Source of the DNA: Eledone cirrhosa
Lineage: Eukaryota
Direction: 5' to 3'
Assembly: GCA_964016885.1 (NCBI GenBank)
Contig: OZ024740.1
Span: 17,608,001-17,672,000 of the forward strand
DNA: 64,000 nucleotides
This document shows positions 1 to 13,169 of this stretch, one piece after another. The number at the start of each line of letters is the position of its first letter. Position 1 is the first letter of the stretch. Below the pieces are notes generated by a model that was given only the letters and a program-made list of their open reading frames with translations, searched no databases and was not told the DNA's origin. A program made the position numbers and the translations under genes.

Positions 1-950
1 CCCTCTACTAAATTTACTCACAACAATGGTTGGTTCAACACTGCTGGTTCAAGGTGACATACAGTGAGTTAGAACCCCTGTACTAAATTTACTCACAACA
101 ATGGTTGGTTCAACACTGCTGGTTCAAGGTGACATACAGTGAGTTAGAACCCCTCTACTAAATTTACTCACAAGCAATGGTTGGTTCAACACTGCTGGTT
201 CAAGGTGACATACAGTGAGTTAGAACCCCTGTACTAAATTTACTCACAACAATGGTTGGTTCAACACTGCTGGTTCAAGGTGACATACAGTGAGTTAGAA
301 CCCCTCTACTAAATTTACTCACAAGCAATGGTTGGTTCAACACTGCTGGTTCAAGGTGACATACAGTGAGTTAGAACCCCTGTACTAAATTTACTCACAA
401 CAATGGTTGGTTCAACACTGCTGGTTCAAGGTGACATACAGTGAGTTAGAACCCCTCTACTAAATTTACTCACAAGCAATGGTTGGTTCAACACTGCTGG
501 TTCAAGGTTACATGCAGTGAGTTAGAACCCCTGTACTAAATTTACTCACAAGCAACGGTTGGTTCAACACTGCTGGTTCAAGGTGACATACAGTGAGTTA
601 GAACCCCTGTACTAAATTTACTCACAAGCAATGGTTGGTTCAACACTGCTGATTCAAGGTGACATACAGTGAGTTAGAACCCCTGTACTAAATTTACTCA
701 CAAGCAATGGTTGGTTCAACACTGCTGGTTCAAGGTGACATACAGTGAGTTAGAACCCCTGTACTAAATTTACTCACAAGCAACGGTTGGTTCAACACTG
801 CTGGTTCAAGGTGACATACAGTGAGTTAGAACCCCTGTACTAAATTTACTCACAAGCAATGGTTGGTTCAACACTGCTGGTTCAAGGTGACATACAGTGA
901 GTTAGAACCCCTCTACTAAATTCACTGACAAGGCAATTGTTGGCTCAAGG
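1..950. repeat. Tandem minisatellite, ~75-bp unit, truncated by the window start
   Basis: Unit CCCTGTACTAAATTTACTCACAAGCAATGGTTGGTTCAACACTGCTGGTTCAAGGTGACATACAGTGAGTTAGAAC repeated ~12 times, near identical, decaying after ~915. Confidence 0.95.
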
Positions 951-1245
951 TTATAGTAGAAGACTTTACTGGTTGAAGGTGACAGAGCCTAAAATCCTAT
1001 GGCTACAAAGCAAACATTTTTACCACACATCCATTCATATACAGTTATTGCCACAAAAGAAACATCAAGTGTAGGAAACATGCAATAAGTGAAATAGCAA
1101 TTCGTTCTTAGAATAGTGACACACAGAAGTTGGAAGATGTGCTTTACAACTCTCCAATTTTGCAGAGCTTGGGATTTTTAAGTGGTGGATACAAAAATAA
1201 AATGGAAAGCTGGCATAAGAAGACAATAACAACAACTCTTCCTAC

Positions 1246-1425
1246 CTGTCTTGATGGTAATCAATGGAGTATTGCAGTGCTCATTGCTGGGAGATTGGGG
1301 ATCCAGTGAAGAGGCAGATGAAGAGTAGGATGTGTCATATGGGTTGTGGCTTTGGGAACTATTTGTGCTCGATGAAATCAAGTTTCTTTGACGAGCTGAG
1401 AGGCTTGGAATAACTTGAGGTCCTC
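1246..1425 (-). CDS. COBL: Cobl-like gene, Ser-rich internal exon (180 nt, phase 1-1)
   Basis: Acceptor ttag at 1427-1426 and donor G|GTAGGA at 1245. Open frame GGPQVIPSLSARQRNLISSSTNSSQSHNPYDTSYSSSASSLDPQSPSNEHCNTPLITIKT. Phase matches the end of the 7538-6848 exon. Confidence 0.65.
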
Positions 1426-1869
1426 CTAAGTAAATCCAAAACACACACTTGTACTGTTATCATTTGTTATAGTATATTTTGCATACACTTGGTACTTATA
1501 TATACTTAGGTAGTTTGAGTTAGTAGCAAGCTGGAAGAAGTGTTTGACTCTTTCAGGAATAAGAGGGCAAAGAAGAAAAAGAGTTAGTAGCAGTAGTCTT
1601 GGCTAAAGGGCCACCGCTTTGTGTGTGTCTAAGACATAGTGTTTGAATTGACCACAGGCTCTTTGTGTGTGTCTAAGACATAGTGTTTGAATTGACCACA
1701 GGCTCTTTGGATACATTGTCTTTAATGGTTTAATCAAAAGAAGAAGGGCAACACTTATGACCCTTTTTAGGGGGCTTTGAGACAATTGGTAGGGAGAGGA
1801 AGGTGTCCTAGACTGAATGCTAGAAAAAGAGTTGACACCACTAAAGGTAATAAAGGACCAAGTGGTGCT

Positions 1870-3410
1870 GTTAAACTGGGAGATGGTAGAGTCTACCACC
1901 CTAGGGGTAGATGTTAAACTGGGAGATGGTAGAGTTTACCACTCAAGGGGTAGATATTAAACTGGGAGATGGTAGAGTCTACCACCCTAGGGGTAGATGT
2001 TAAACTGGGAGATGGTAGAGTTTACCACTCAAGGGGTAGATGTTAAACTGGGAGATGGTAGAGTCTACCACCCTAGGGGTAGATGTTAAACTGGGAGATG
2101 GTAGAGTTTACCACTCAAGGGGTAGATATTAAACTGGGAGATGGTAGAGTCTACCACCCTAGGGGTAGATGTTAAACTGGGAGATGGTAGAGTTTACCAC
2201 CCTAGGGGTAGATATTAAACTGGGAGATGATAGAGTTTACCACTCAAGGGGTAGATGTTAAACTGGGAGATGGTAGAGTCTACCACCCTAGGGGTAGATA
2301 TTAAACTGGGAGATGGTAGAGTCTACCACCCTAGGGGTAGATGTTAAACTGGGAGATGATAGAGTCTACCACTCAAGGGGTAGATGTTAAACTGGGAGAT
2401 GGTAGAGTCTACCACTCAAGGGGTAGATGTTAAACTGGGAGATGGTAGAGTCTACCACCCTAGGTGTAGATGTTAAACTGGGAGATGGTAGAGTTTACCA
2501 CTCAAGGGGTAGATGTTAAACTGGGAGATGATAGAGTCTACCACTCAAGGGGTAGATGTTAAACTGGGAGATGGTAGAGTCTACCACCCTAGGGGTAGAT
2601 GTTAAACTGGGAGATGGTAGAGTCTACCACCCTAGGGGTAGATGTTAAACTGGGAGATGGTAGAGTCTACCACCCTAGGGGTAGATGTTAAACTGGGAGA
2701 TGGTAGAGTTTACCACTCAAGGGGTAGATGTTAAACTGGGAGATGATAGAGTCTACCACCCTAGGGGTAGATGTTAAACTGGGAGATGGTAGAGTTTACC
2801 ACTCAAGGGGTAGATGTTAAACTGGGAGATGATAGAGTCTACCACTCAAGGGGTAGATGTTAAACTGGGAGATGGTAGAGTCTACCACTCAAGGGGTAGA
2901 TGTTAAACTGGGAGATGGTAGAGTCTACCACCCTAGGGGTAGATGTTAAACTGGGAGATGGTAGAGTCTACCACCCTAGGGGTAGATGTTAAACTGGGTG
3001 ATGGCAGAGTATACCACCCTAGGGGTAGATGTTAAACTGGGAGATGGTAGAGTCTACCACCCTAGGGGTAGATGTTAAACTGGGAGATGGTAGAGTTTAC
3101 CACTCAAGGGGTAGATGTTAAACTGGGAGATGATAGAGTCTACCACTCAAGGGGTAGATGTTAAACTGGGAGATGGTAGAGTCTACCACTCAAGGGGTAG
3201 ATGTTAAACTGGGAGATGGTAGAGTCTACCACCCTAGGGGTAGATGTTAAACTGGGAGATGGTAGAGTCTACCACCCTAGGGGTAGATGTTAAACTGGGT
3301 GATGGCAGAGTATACCACCCTAGGGGTAGATGTTAAACTGGGAGATGGTAGAGTCTACCACCCTAGGGGTAGATGTTAAACTGGGAGATGGTAGATTCTA
3401 CCACTCAAGG
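1870..3410. repeat. Tandem minisatellite, 43-bp unit with two internal palindromes
   Basis: GTTAAACTGGGAGATGGTAGAGTCTACCACCCTAGGGGTAGAT x ~35, with a CACTCAAGGGG variant. Contains TGGTAG-AGT-CTACCA and CCCTAGGG. Confidence 0.95.
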
Positions 3411-3509
3411 GCCAGGTGCTGCTGTTAAATTGGGTGATGGATTAAGTCTACTACTGTCAAATAGGAATAATTTCCGATACAGGATTCCATACACAAATCT
3501 TCTGGTTTC

Positions 3510-3785
3510 ATGCAGTGGTTTCATGATAACTGTAAAGTTGAGAGTTCACTGGGGCAGATTGTATCCTTGAGCAAGACACTTTATGTTATGTTGTCCCCGT
3601 CCACTTCACTATTTTAAAATGATTTGTACCTATAATTCAAAGGGCCAGCTTTGTCACACTGAATCTCCCTGAGAATTATGTTAAGGATACACGTGTCTGT
3701 GGAATGAACAGCCATTTGCATGTTAATTTCACAAGCGGGCTGTTCCATTGTTCTCAAACAACTGAAACACTCATTGTTGGCAGTT
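3510..3785 (+). mobile_element. Decayed SINE with CORE-like central domain
   Basis: CCTTGAGCAAGACACTTTAT motif shared with the SINEs at 9901-10250 and 57756-58098, followed by a (CA)n tract. Confidence 0.5.
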
Positions 3786-4142
3786 TAACATACACACACA
3801 CATACACACAAGCACACACACAAAAGCATATGCACACACACAAGCACATGCACATATACACACACACATGCACATATACACACACACATGCACATACACA
3901 CACACACACACAAGCACATGCACACACACACATAGACAGTGTGAGAATATATAAAACCAACCCATGTATTTATGAAACAAACCTCCTAACTACACGTTAT
4001 TCCTTATAACTGGAAATAACATATTTAACATCCAACCACTTCCTTTAATATTTTAACAGCAGAAAAGGATTTTTTTTTAAAACCTAGAAAGTAAAAAAAT
4101 GTTTCAAATAAGTCAACTGATTAACCTGTACAGTCCAATTAA

Positions 4143-6284
4143 CCCTTTAGCATTTAAACCTTCAGTATCTGACTAGAATTCTTTCACCTCTTTCTGTTCA
4201 AACCTGCCATCACTGGCCACTCATACTGATGTTAAGGTATTGTTCTCAAAATAAATAATATTAAAATCTCAGATTTAATATAGGAGATAAAGATATTACC
4301 ACAAAAATACAATAGTATATATAGAGTAATGTAAATGTTATGTGAGGTAAAGCCTTTACCATGACAATACAATAGTATATATAGAGTAATGTAAATGTTA
4401 TGTGAGATATTATGTGAGGTAAAGCCTTTACCACAAATATACAATAGTATATATAGAGTAATGTAAATGTTATGTGAGATAGATATTATGTGAGGTAAAG
4501 ACTTTACCACAAAAATATAATAGTATATAAAGAGTAATGTAAATGATATGTGAGATATTATGTGAGGTAAAGCCTTTACTGTGAAAATACAATAGTATAT
4601 ATAGAGTAATGTAAATGTTATGAGATATTATGTGAGGTAAAGCCTTTACTGCGAAAATACAATAGTATATATAGAGTAATGTAAATGTTATGTGAGATAT
4701 TAAGTGGAGTAAAACCTTTACTGCGAAAATACAATAGTATATATAGAGTAATGTAAATGTTATGTGAGATATTATGTGAGGTAAAGCCTTTACTGTGACA
4801 ATACAATAGTATATATAGAGTAATGTAAATGTTATGTGAGGTATTATGTGAGGTAAAGCCTTTACTGTGAAAATACAATAGTATATATAGAGTAATGTAA
4901 ATGTTATGTGAGGTATTATGTGAGGTAAAACCTTTACTGTGAAAATACAATAGTATATAAAGAGTAATGTAAATGTTATGTGAGATATTATGTGAGGTAA
5001 AGCCTTTACTGCGAAAATACAATAGTATATATAGAGTAATGTAAATGTTATGTGAGATATTATGTGAGGTAAAGCCTTTACTGTGACAATACAATAGTAG
5101 ATATAGAGTAATATAAATGTTATGTGAGGTATTATGTGAGGTAAAGCCTGTACTGTGAAAATACAATAGTATATATAGAGTAATGTAAATGTTATGTGAG
5201 ATATTATGTGAGGCAAAGCCTTTACTGTGACAATACAATAGTATATATAGAGTAATGTAAATGTTATGTGAGGTATTATGTGAGGTATTATGTGAGGTAA
5301 AGCCTGTACTGTGAAAATACAATACTATATATAGAGTAATGTAAATGTTATATGAGATATTATGTGAGGTAAAGCCTTTACTGTGACAATACAATAGTAT
5401 ATATAGAGTAATGTAAATGTTATGAGAGATATTATGTGAGGTAAAGCCTTTACTGTGAAAATACAATAGTATATATAGAGTAATGTAAATGTTATGTGAG
5501 ATATTATGTGAGGTAAAGCCTTTACTGTGACAATACAATAATAGATATAGAGTAATGTAAATGTTATGTGAGATTTATGTGAGGTAAAGACTTTACTGTG
5601 AAAATACAATAGTATATATAGAGTAATGTAAATGTTATTTGAGATATTATATGAGGTAAAGCCTTTACTGTGAAAATACAATACTATATATAGAGTAATG
5701 TAAATGTTATATGAGATATTATGTGAGGTAAAGCCTTTACTGTGACAATACAATAGTATATATAGAGTAATGTAAATGTTATGTGAGATTTATGTGAGGT
5801 AAAGACTTTACTGTGAAAATACAATAGTAAATAGAGTAATGTAAATGTTATGTGAGATATTATGTGAGGTAAAGCCTTTACTGTGAAAATACAATACTAT
5901 ATATAGAGTAATGTAAATGTTATATGAGATATTATGTGAGGTAAAGCCTTTACTGTGACAATACAATAGTATATATAGAGTAATGTAAATGTTATGTGAG
6001 ATTTATGTGAGGTAAAGTCTTTACCATGAAAATACAATAGTATATATAGAGTAATGTAAATGTTATGTGAGATTTATGTGAGGTAAAGACTTTACTGTGA
6101 AAATACAATAGTATATATAGAGTAATGTAAATGTTATGTGAGATATTATGTGAGGTAAAGCCTTTACCATGAAAATACAATAGTATATATAGAGTAATGT
6201 AAATGTTATGTGAGATTTATGTGAGGTAAAGACCTTACTGTGAAAATACAATAGTATATATAGAGTAATGTAAATGCTAAAGGG
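4143..6284. mobile_element. piggyBac-like MITE with internal ~60-bp satellite expansion
   Basis: TTAA|CCCTTTAGCATTTA ... TAAATGCTAAAGGG|TTAA termini. The interior is ~30 copies of a ~60-bp unit that is single-copy in the MITEs at 22064 and 23559. Confidence 0.85.
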
Positions 6285-6847
6285 TTAAGTAATTAAAGCA
6301 AACCTTAAATTTGTCTCTCTGAGAAACTCTAATGTACTCTCGAGTCTTGAATAATCGCCCCTCCCTCTGCCTATTAATTTTTTAGATCCCCCCAACCCCG
6401 CTTATGAAATTTTTAGATTTCTTTTCCACCCCCACCCTCTGCTGATTTTTTATATCCTCCCCCCACTTATTAATTTTTTTTCCACCCTGCTTATTAAATT
6501 TTACTAATCTGTCTCCAGTGAAATTCTATTTTAAGTGCCATTCCTACAACAATTCATTTTCTTTAGACATTAAAAAAAAATTTTACATGACAAAAAAAGT
6601 ACATTACTAGAAATCTCATACTTTATAAAATAGGATGGGCTGGGTATTTCAATATGTAAACTAAACAACTAATTCTGGTTTTTCAAAAAAAGGAAAATTA
6701 CCGATCCCCCCCCCACCCATCCATTATTTGCGACCCGAGAGTACACACATACTTGGTCCAAATGCACACACATGCACACAAAACTACACACACATACACA
6801 CTTATATAGAGTTATAATGAAAATGCTGTTGTAATAACACAACTTAC

Positions 6848-7538
6848 CTGGTGGGGGTGGTGGAGCAGGTTTACGCTTTTTAAGAGGACTGGCATACATA
6901 TCATTTGCAGTTTTTTGTTGTTTATTGGGTGGAGAATGGTCAACCACTACACCATTCTTAGAATGTGGCACTGCATGAACTTCGAGTGGATTCATTGATA
7001 TTGTCACACCATGTCCATTACTGTTGTTGCTCTCTACATAGGTGATGGAATCAGTTCCTATCTTGATTACTGGAGACTGGTGAGGAGGAATACGTGGAGA
7101 CTGGTGAGGAGGAGTACGTGGTGAATGATGATGGGGTTGTCTCATGTGTGGTGGGATAGGAAGTGGGGGGTTAAAACGATGTGCATCTGAAGGTGGGTGA
7201 GAAGCAGAAGGTAGTTCGACAGAACCACTCAATTCTGAACTGGGCCTCATGTGGATGAAAGTCGGTTGGTTACCAGGGCCCACAGTGGTGCCAGTGTTTC
7301 TTGGGCTCTCACCTTGAGGGTAGGAGACGGGTCGTGGTAAAGTGCTTGATGTTTGGCCCTGATTTGGTTTAGCAAAACCCCCAGCAGGCGATGTTGATGT
7401 TGGTGGTGGTGGTGCAGGCTTCTTCTTGCTAGATTTCTTGGGCTTCTTCATGTAATTTTCAAGACTCTCTGTGACAGGTGAAAACATCGATGCAGGCCGT
7501 TGTTTACCTGTATTACGATTATTGAGTAAATCTCCCGA
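6848..7538 (-). CDS. COBL: Cobl-like gene, proline-rich exon with two KxxAPPPP motifs (691 nt, phase 0-1)
   Basis: Acceptor ttttccag| at 7539 and donor G|GTAAGT at 6847. Encodes KKKPAPPPP and KKRKPAPPPPP, resembling the Cobl KrRAPpPP SH3 (syndapin)-binding motifs. Confidence 0.85.
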
Positions 7539-7829
7539 CTGGAAAATGAATAGAAAAAACAAAAAATAAGATTATTCCAGGTATTTAAACTACATCACTT
7601 GTGTCACTTGACAACAACTGAGGCCCAGTGATTGTCACTATGGTGACTCAAGTGCTGGAATACTAACCACAACATGAAGAACAGTTCAAACAGTACTACG
7701 GACAATGGGTTGTGTTCCCTACCACATTCATGGTATCTACAGATTGGGACACAACTGGACAACTAATATCATCTTTCATGTTTCCATAACTAGGTTGTAA
7801 TTGGTCAGTTCATTTACCGAGGAGTTAAA

Positions 7830-8228
7830 ACTCTACACAATGTTATAATTATGTAGCGAAAACGCTAAAATCTGATAAATATGTAGTGAAAACTCTACAA
7901 TGTGATAAATATGTAGTGAAAACTCTAAAATGTGATAAATATGGAGTGAAAACTACAAAATGTGATAATTATGTAGTGAAAACTCTACACAATGTGATAA
8001 TTATGTAGTGAAAACCCTACACAATGTGATAATTATGTAGTGAAAACTCTACACAATGTGGTAAATATGTAGTGAAAACTCTACACAATGTGATAATTAT
8101 GTAGTGAAAATGCTACACAATGTGAATATGGAGTGAAAACTCTACAATGTGATAAATATGTAGTGAAAATGCTACAAAACATGATAATTATGGAGTGAAA
8201 ACTCTACACAATGTTATAATTATGTACC
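7830..8228. repeat. Degenerate ~30-bp minisatellite
   Basis: AAACTCTACACAATGTGATAATTATGTAGTGA x ~13. Confidence 0.85.
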
Positions 8229-8584
8229 AGATATTTACATGGTAAGAAATAGAAAATGCAGAGAAAGTGATGTGTGGTAAAAATGTGGTGATGTGTGATA
8301 AACATTGATAATAAGTAGCGAGTCTGTGTGTGATAAAACAATTATTTAGTGGTAAAAAGGCTAGAGTGGAAAATAACAGAAGAGTTATGTGGAAGTGACA
8401 AAACTAAAGCAAAATATAGGGGAAACCAAGAATTTGTATCATACAAGAAAAGAAGTCATCCAGTTTTCAATAGAATCAGCTAATTCACTGAAAGAAGTTG
8501 GTGATAAGGAGCGCTAAAAGAGAAAGAGAAAATAATCAAGATGTCTCAGTAAAGATTTTCACAGTAGAAATGATTTATTACATC

Positions 8585-8856
8585 CAGGGTTAGATTTAGA
8601 TCGGGGGGGGGGGGGGGGGGTCATACACACAAAATTAGAATACACAGCAAACCCTCCAATTTTACATAACAAAGTTAGCTTGGTGTAAGTAATTGGAATT
8701 GAAAAGTTATACATACAGGTATTAAATTAAAACAATTCTAACCATCCTAAAACTAAAAAGCCCAGCTGAGGGTACAAATAAATTGCTACGGCTGTCACTG
8801 GTGGGGGCCACCACAGTAGGGGCCTGCCCCCCACCCTCCCATTAAATCCAGCCCTG
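8585..8856. mobile_element. hAT-like MITE
   Basis: TIRs CAGGGTTAGATTTA / TAAATCCAGCCCTG with an 8-bp TSD ATTACATC / ATTACTTC (7 of 8 match). Confidence 0.75.
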
Positions 8857-9084
8857 ATTACTTCATCCTCCTTATTGTTTTTACATTCATATTTCCATGT
8901 TGGCAGTGTTTTTGATGGCCAGATTCCCTTCCCAATGCTAGTTCTTGCTATTTTTTAAAGTATAGTAATGATCTTTGCATGTTAAACTATTATGGAGGAA
9001 GGGTTTTAAATAAATATAAACACTTTAAAATAAACAGTATCAGGAAATCAGGGGTAGTTTGGTTATGAAAGGATTCTTCTTCGC

Positions 9085-9330
9085 CCACTTATTTCTGAGA
9101 GGGTCGTGGGGGTAGAGTTCTCAAACACTCCTTCCAGTGGGTCCTGTCAGAAGCAACCATCTCCAACTGATCCGGCTGGATCCCCAAGCAAGACCAGCCA
9201 AGCTCATGGATGTTATCCAACCACATTGCTCGGGGTAGGTCTACTCTGGGTCTCCTGCCAGTTTGTTTTGCCTGTAAAATCTGTCTAGGGATTCTTTCCC
9301 GAGACATTCTAACTACATGCCCAATGAAAG
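9085..9330 (-). mobile_element. 3' fragment of a second RTE-clade LINE family
   Basis: Translation GHVVRMSRERIPRQIL..TGRRPR..PRAMWLDNI...DRTHWK matches the RTE ORF C-terminal pattern. Confidence 0.7.
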
Positions 9331-9900
9331 GGTTAAAGTATATTTGTTTTTATTGTGTATGCTCAAGACTATTATCAATAATAATTGTTTTCCTGCAATA
9401 AAGTTATTTAAATAAAGAATCTTAAGAGCAGGCCCAAGATTTTAATTTTTCTGTCTTCTCATAATAACATAGTATTTAAGACATCAAAATTATTAACAAT
9501 TGACCTTGTAAGTCTAATCTCAAACATCAACTTTATTTCTTTAGTGTGTATATAAAAAAGATGTCATGGTTTAAAGTGTCAGGTTATTTCATTGTGTATG
9601 TTGTTATGCTCAAGGCTATTATGATTGTTGTCAGAAAAACCTGAACCATCAACTATGTTTGGGGTCACATTCCTAACAAACAACACACATAACACACACA
9701 TGGTTTTAGTATGTTGAAAACATGTAAGACATTCCATTGGGCATGTGTGAGTGTGTGTTTATGATGTGTGTTTAACAGCAGACACCACTTAGATTTCTAC
9801 AAGGAAGATATTCAATTGGGCGTGTGTGTATGTATAAGTATATATATATATGGATAAGGTGTGTGTGTATGTATAAGTATATATATATATGTGTGTGTGT

Positions 9901-10250
9901 ATCATCATCATCATCATCATCATTTCATTTTACGTCCGCTTTTTCCCTGCTTGCAAGGGTGGGACGGGAATTGATTTTGGCTTGATTTCTACAGCTGGAT
10001 GCCCTTCCTAACACCAACCTCATTTACAGTGAGTGCTGGGTGGTTTTTTGCCGTGGCACCTCCACGACCACTTTGCAGTGGAATGATATGGACCCCAGTC
10101 CCAATCATCTCATTTCTACAGCTGAGTAAACTGGAGCAATGTGAAATAAAGTGTCTTGCTCAAGGAAACAACATCACCCAGTCTGAGAATTGAACTCACA
10201 ACCTTTCGATTGCAAGGCCAATGCTCTAACCACTAAGCCATGTGCCTCCA
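9901..10250 (-). mobile_element. tRNA-derived SINE (CORE-like body, RTE-derived tail, (GAT)n end)
   Basis: A-box TGGCTTAGTGG and B-box GAGTTCAATTC, CCTTGAGCAAGACACT body. Near-identical to 57756-58098. Confidence 0.85.
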
Positions 10251-10322
10251 TATAAGTATAAGTATATATATATGTGTGTGTGTGTGTGTATAAGTATATA
10301 TATGTGTGTGTGTATGTATAAG

Positions 10323-10357
<35 letters not shown>

Positions 10358-10571
10358 ATAAGTATATATATATATGTGTGTGTGCGTGTGCACGCGTGTA
10401 TGTTATATAGGTATATAACTGTGTGTATATGTTATATGGGTATATAGTTGTGTGTGTGTGATGCTAATATAGGCATATAGCTGTATGTGTGTGTGTGGGT
10501 GTAGATGTTTATAGATATATAACAGTGTGTGTGTGTGTAGAGGATATATACATATATAACTGTATGTGTGA

Positions 10572-10615
<44 letters not shown>

Positions 10616-10674
10616 TGTTATAATACCTTTATAACTCAGTGTGTGTGTGTATATAGATACTATATAGGTATGTA

Positions 10675-10840
10675 CCGTATTTCCTGGTGCCGAAGACGCC
10701 TGTCCTTGAGTACACACCCTAATTTTGACAACCAAAAATTTGAAAAAAAATAATAAACAACCTTTGGCCTCGAGAACACTTGGTAGATTTTTGAGACTTA
10801 TTTTAGGAAAAAGTAGCGTTTTTGACGCCGGGAACTACGG
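10675..10840. mobile_element. pogo/Tigger-like MITE
   Basis: TA|CCGTATTTCCTGGTGCCGAAGACGC ... GCGTTTTTGACGCCGGGAACTACGG|TA imperfect TIRs with a TA TSD. Confidence 0.75.
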
Positions 10841-11229
10841 TAACTGTATATATTTGTATGTAGATATCGTCATCATCATCATCATTGTTGTTGTTTTAAC
10901 ATTGGCATTCCCTGCTGTTCATGTGTGTGATATGTTGTTATTTACCCTTCCTCATCAAATAAAAACTGGCTGAGTAGACCTATACCAAAGTTGTTCTAGT
11001 CATGACCATCATGTCTTTTTGTCTATCTAGGTCTACATTGTCCAATGTGTTTTATTGTTATCAAAGATTTGTAGAGTGTGATGAGAGAATGTGATCACTA
11101 TACAATGTGATTTAAGGAAGACTTGGTTGTTATCTCTAACAGGTCAAGTGACCACAGCAAGCCAACAATTTATTATAGACCACAGTGGTCATAGTTTAGT
11201 CAATAAACAAGAGCTAGAACATAAAGCAT

Positions 11230-11660
11230 GGCTTAGAAGCTGCAGGCTTTCCCTCCCAACTTGAACCAGTGAGAATGGACCAAGGCGACGGCAAAAGGCC
11301 AGATGGCATCACCATCTTCCCGACCCATGGCAGTAAACTCCTCATCTGGGATGCCACTTTCTTCAGTGGCAACCTGGTGCAGTCTGCGACTAATCTAGGC
11401 TATGCTGCACTTTGGGCTGAGGAGAGTAAACTCTCCAAATATCGGCTGCTCTCCAACAGGTTTGTGGTCGAGCCTGTAGCAGTGGAGACTTCTAGTGTCC
11501 TTGGCCCTAGGACCACCTCCGTACTTACCACCATCGGCACAGAGTTGGCTACCTGCAGGTGTGAGCCTTGCAAGCTGGCTCTTCCAACACGTCTCCTTCA
11601 CCATTCTCCAGGGCAACGACTTCTCTATTCTGACCCCTGGGACTGCAGGGTGGCCGACCT
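11230..11660 (+). mobile_element. CRE-like non-LTR retrotransposon fragment (restriction-like endonuclease domain)
   Basis: EP...DGKRPDGITIFP..G..LIWDAT...AEESKLSKY..L..RF..PVAVET..VLGP, then frameshifted WLFQHVS..ILQGN. Confidence 0.75.
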
Positions 11661-12039
11661 GTGGGCTCCTGTTTGTATATAATAGTGAGAGAAGGGGGGA
11701 GCAAGAGAAACGGAGGCAGAGAGAGAGAGAGAGAGAGAACATCAACACACATTTTTCAGTTGGAGTATTTTGAGTGAATTAATAAAATACTTAAACAAGG
11801 TAGTTTACAACACAACAACAACATATTTTATATGAAAGCTGCAAGTGAGAACTTCTCTTTACCAGATCTGACCCCAGAAGTAGTAGTAGTGGCGGTGGTG
11901 GTGATAGTAGTGGTAGTTTCACCTTTTCTCTACTATTTCCTTTATTGCAAAATACCTGTTCAGCTATTCCTAACTCATAACAACCATTCCTTTAGTAAAT
12001 GTATTTAAGACTAATCAACAGAATTCGTAATATGGGCTT

Positions 12040-12256
12040 GTCCCCCCACAGCCCCGGCAGACAGAATGGAGAAGGGGTCTCCCCAGAGGACGGCAAGGGA
12101 GATGCGCTGGAAAAGCCATTCCAGCTCGCGAGGCTCACACCTGCGGCTGGCCAGCTCAGTGCCTATGGTGGTGAGTAGGGAGGTAGCCCTGGGGCCAAGG
12201 ACACCAGAAGTCTCCACTGCCAAGGGTACGACTGCAAACCTGTTGGAGAGCGACCG
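12040..12256 (-). mobile_element. CRE-like retrotransposon 3' fragment
   Basis: LSNRFAVVPLAVETSGVLGPRATSLLTTIGTELASRRCEPRELEWLFQRISLAVLWGD. Inverted homolog of 11445-11645. Confidence 0.75.
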
Positions 12257-13022
12257 TATTTTTTTCTGCCATTCCTCAGCTCTTACTAACAGCAACAACA
12301 ACAACTAACTATTTAACACCAATGACAACCAGTAGAGGCCACAACAACAACAAGATCATAGGTAATGTCTTGTTAGATGAAAGATGATATGAAAGGAATC
12401 CAGAGAATGCCAGAAATACAGGGAGTCCTAAATAACAGCAGAGTGTGATGGAGAGGAGAGATAGAGAGAGTAGTGTGATGAGAGAGGGGGTGGAAGTAGA
12501 GAGAGAGAGTCAGTAATGAGTAATAATAGAGAGATTGAGGGAGAGAAGAGAGAGAGATGAGATGGGTGAGGGTAAAGGAGGGAGAGAGGCTAGAGAAAGA
12601 GGGAGGGGGAGAGAGGCTAGAGAAAGAGGGAGGGGGAGAGAGGCTAGAGAAAGAGGGAGGGAGAGAGAGACTATAAAGTAAGAATTGTTCAGGTAAGATT
12701 AGACAGCTGTACAAAATAATTGTAATGTTGACAGTAATTTGATACACACCTTTTAGACATGGGTGTGGGTGGTGGGTGGTGGTGGAGAGTGGGTGGTGGT
12801 GGGAGTTGGAGTAGGGGGTAGGTGTAACTGTTTACTTCTTTACAGGCTTAGGCAAATAGCTGAGAGAGAGGGAGGGAGTAAAATAGCTGAGAGAGAGAGG
12901 GTCAAATAGCTGAGAGAGAGGGAATAAAATAACAGAGAGAGGGAATAAAATAACTGAGAGAGGGAGAGTAAAATAGCTGAGAGAGGGAGGGTCAAATAGC
13001 TGAGAGAGAGGGAGAGAGTAAA

Positions 13023-13058
<36 letters not shown>

Positions 13059-13169
13059 AATTTATATCTAGTAACATCTATATACATACAGATGCATATC
13101 AATGCTAGCAAATATATAGGTTTTGTCTTAGTAACATTGTGGTTCAATGCATGGGGTTGCAGAACAATA

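Noticed and set aside
1-3410. CRISPR-like regular repeats with palindromes
   Set aside because: No unique spacers, no cas genes, and a eukaryotic intron context. These are plain tandem repeats.
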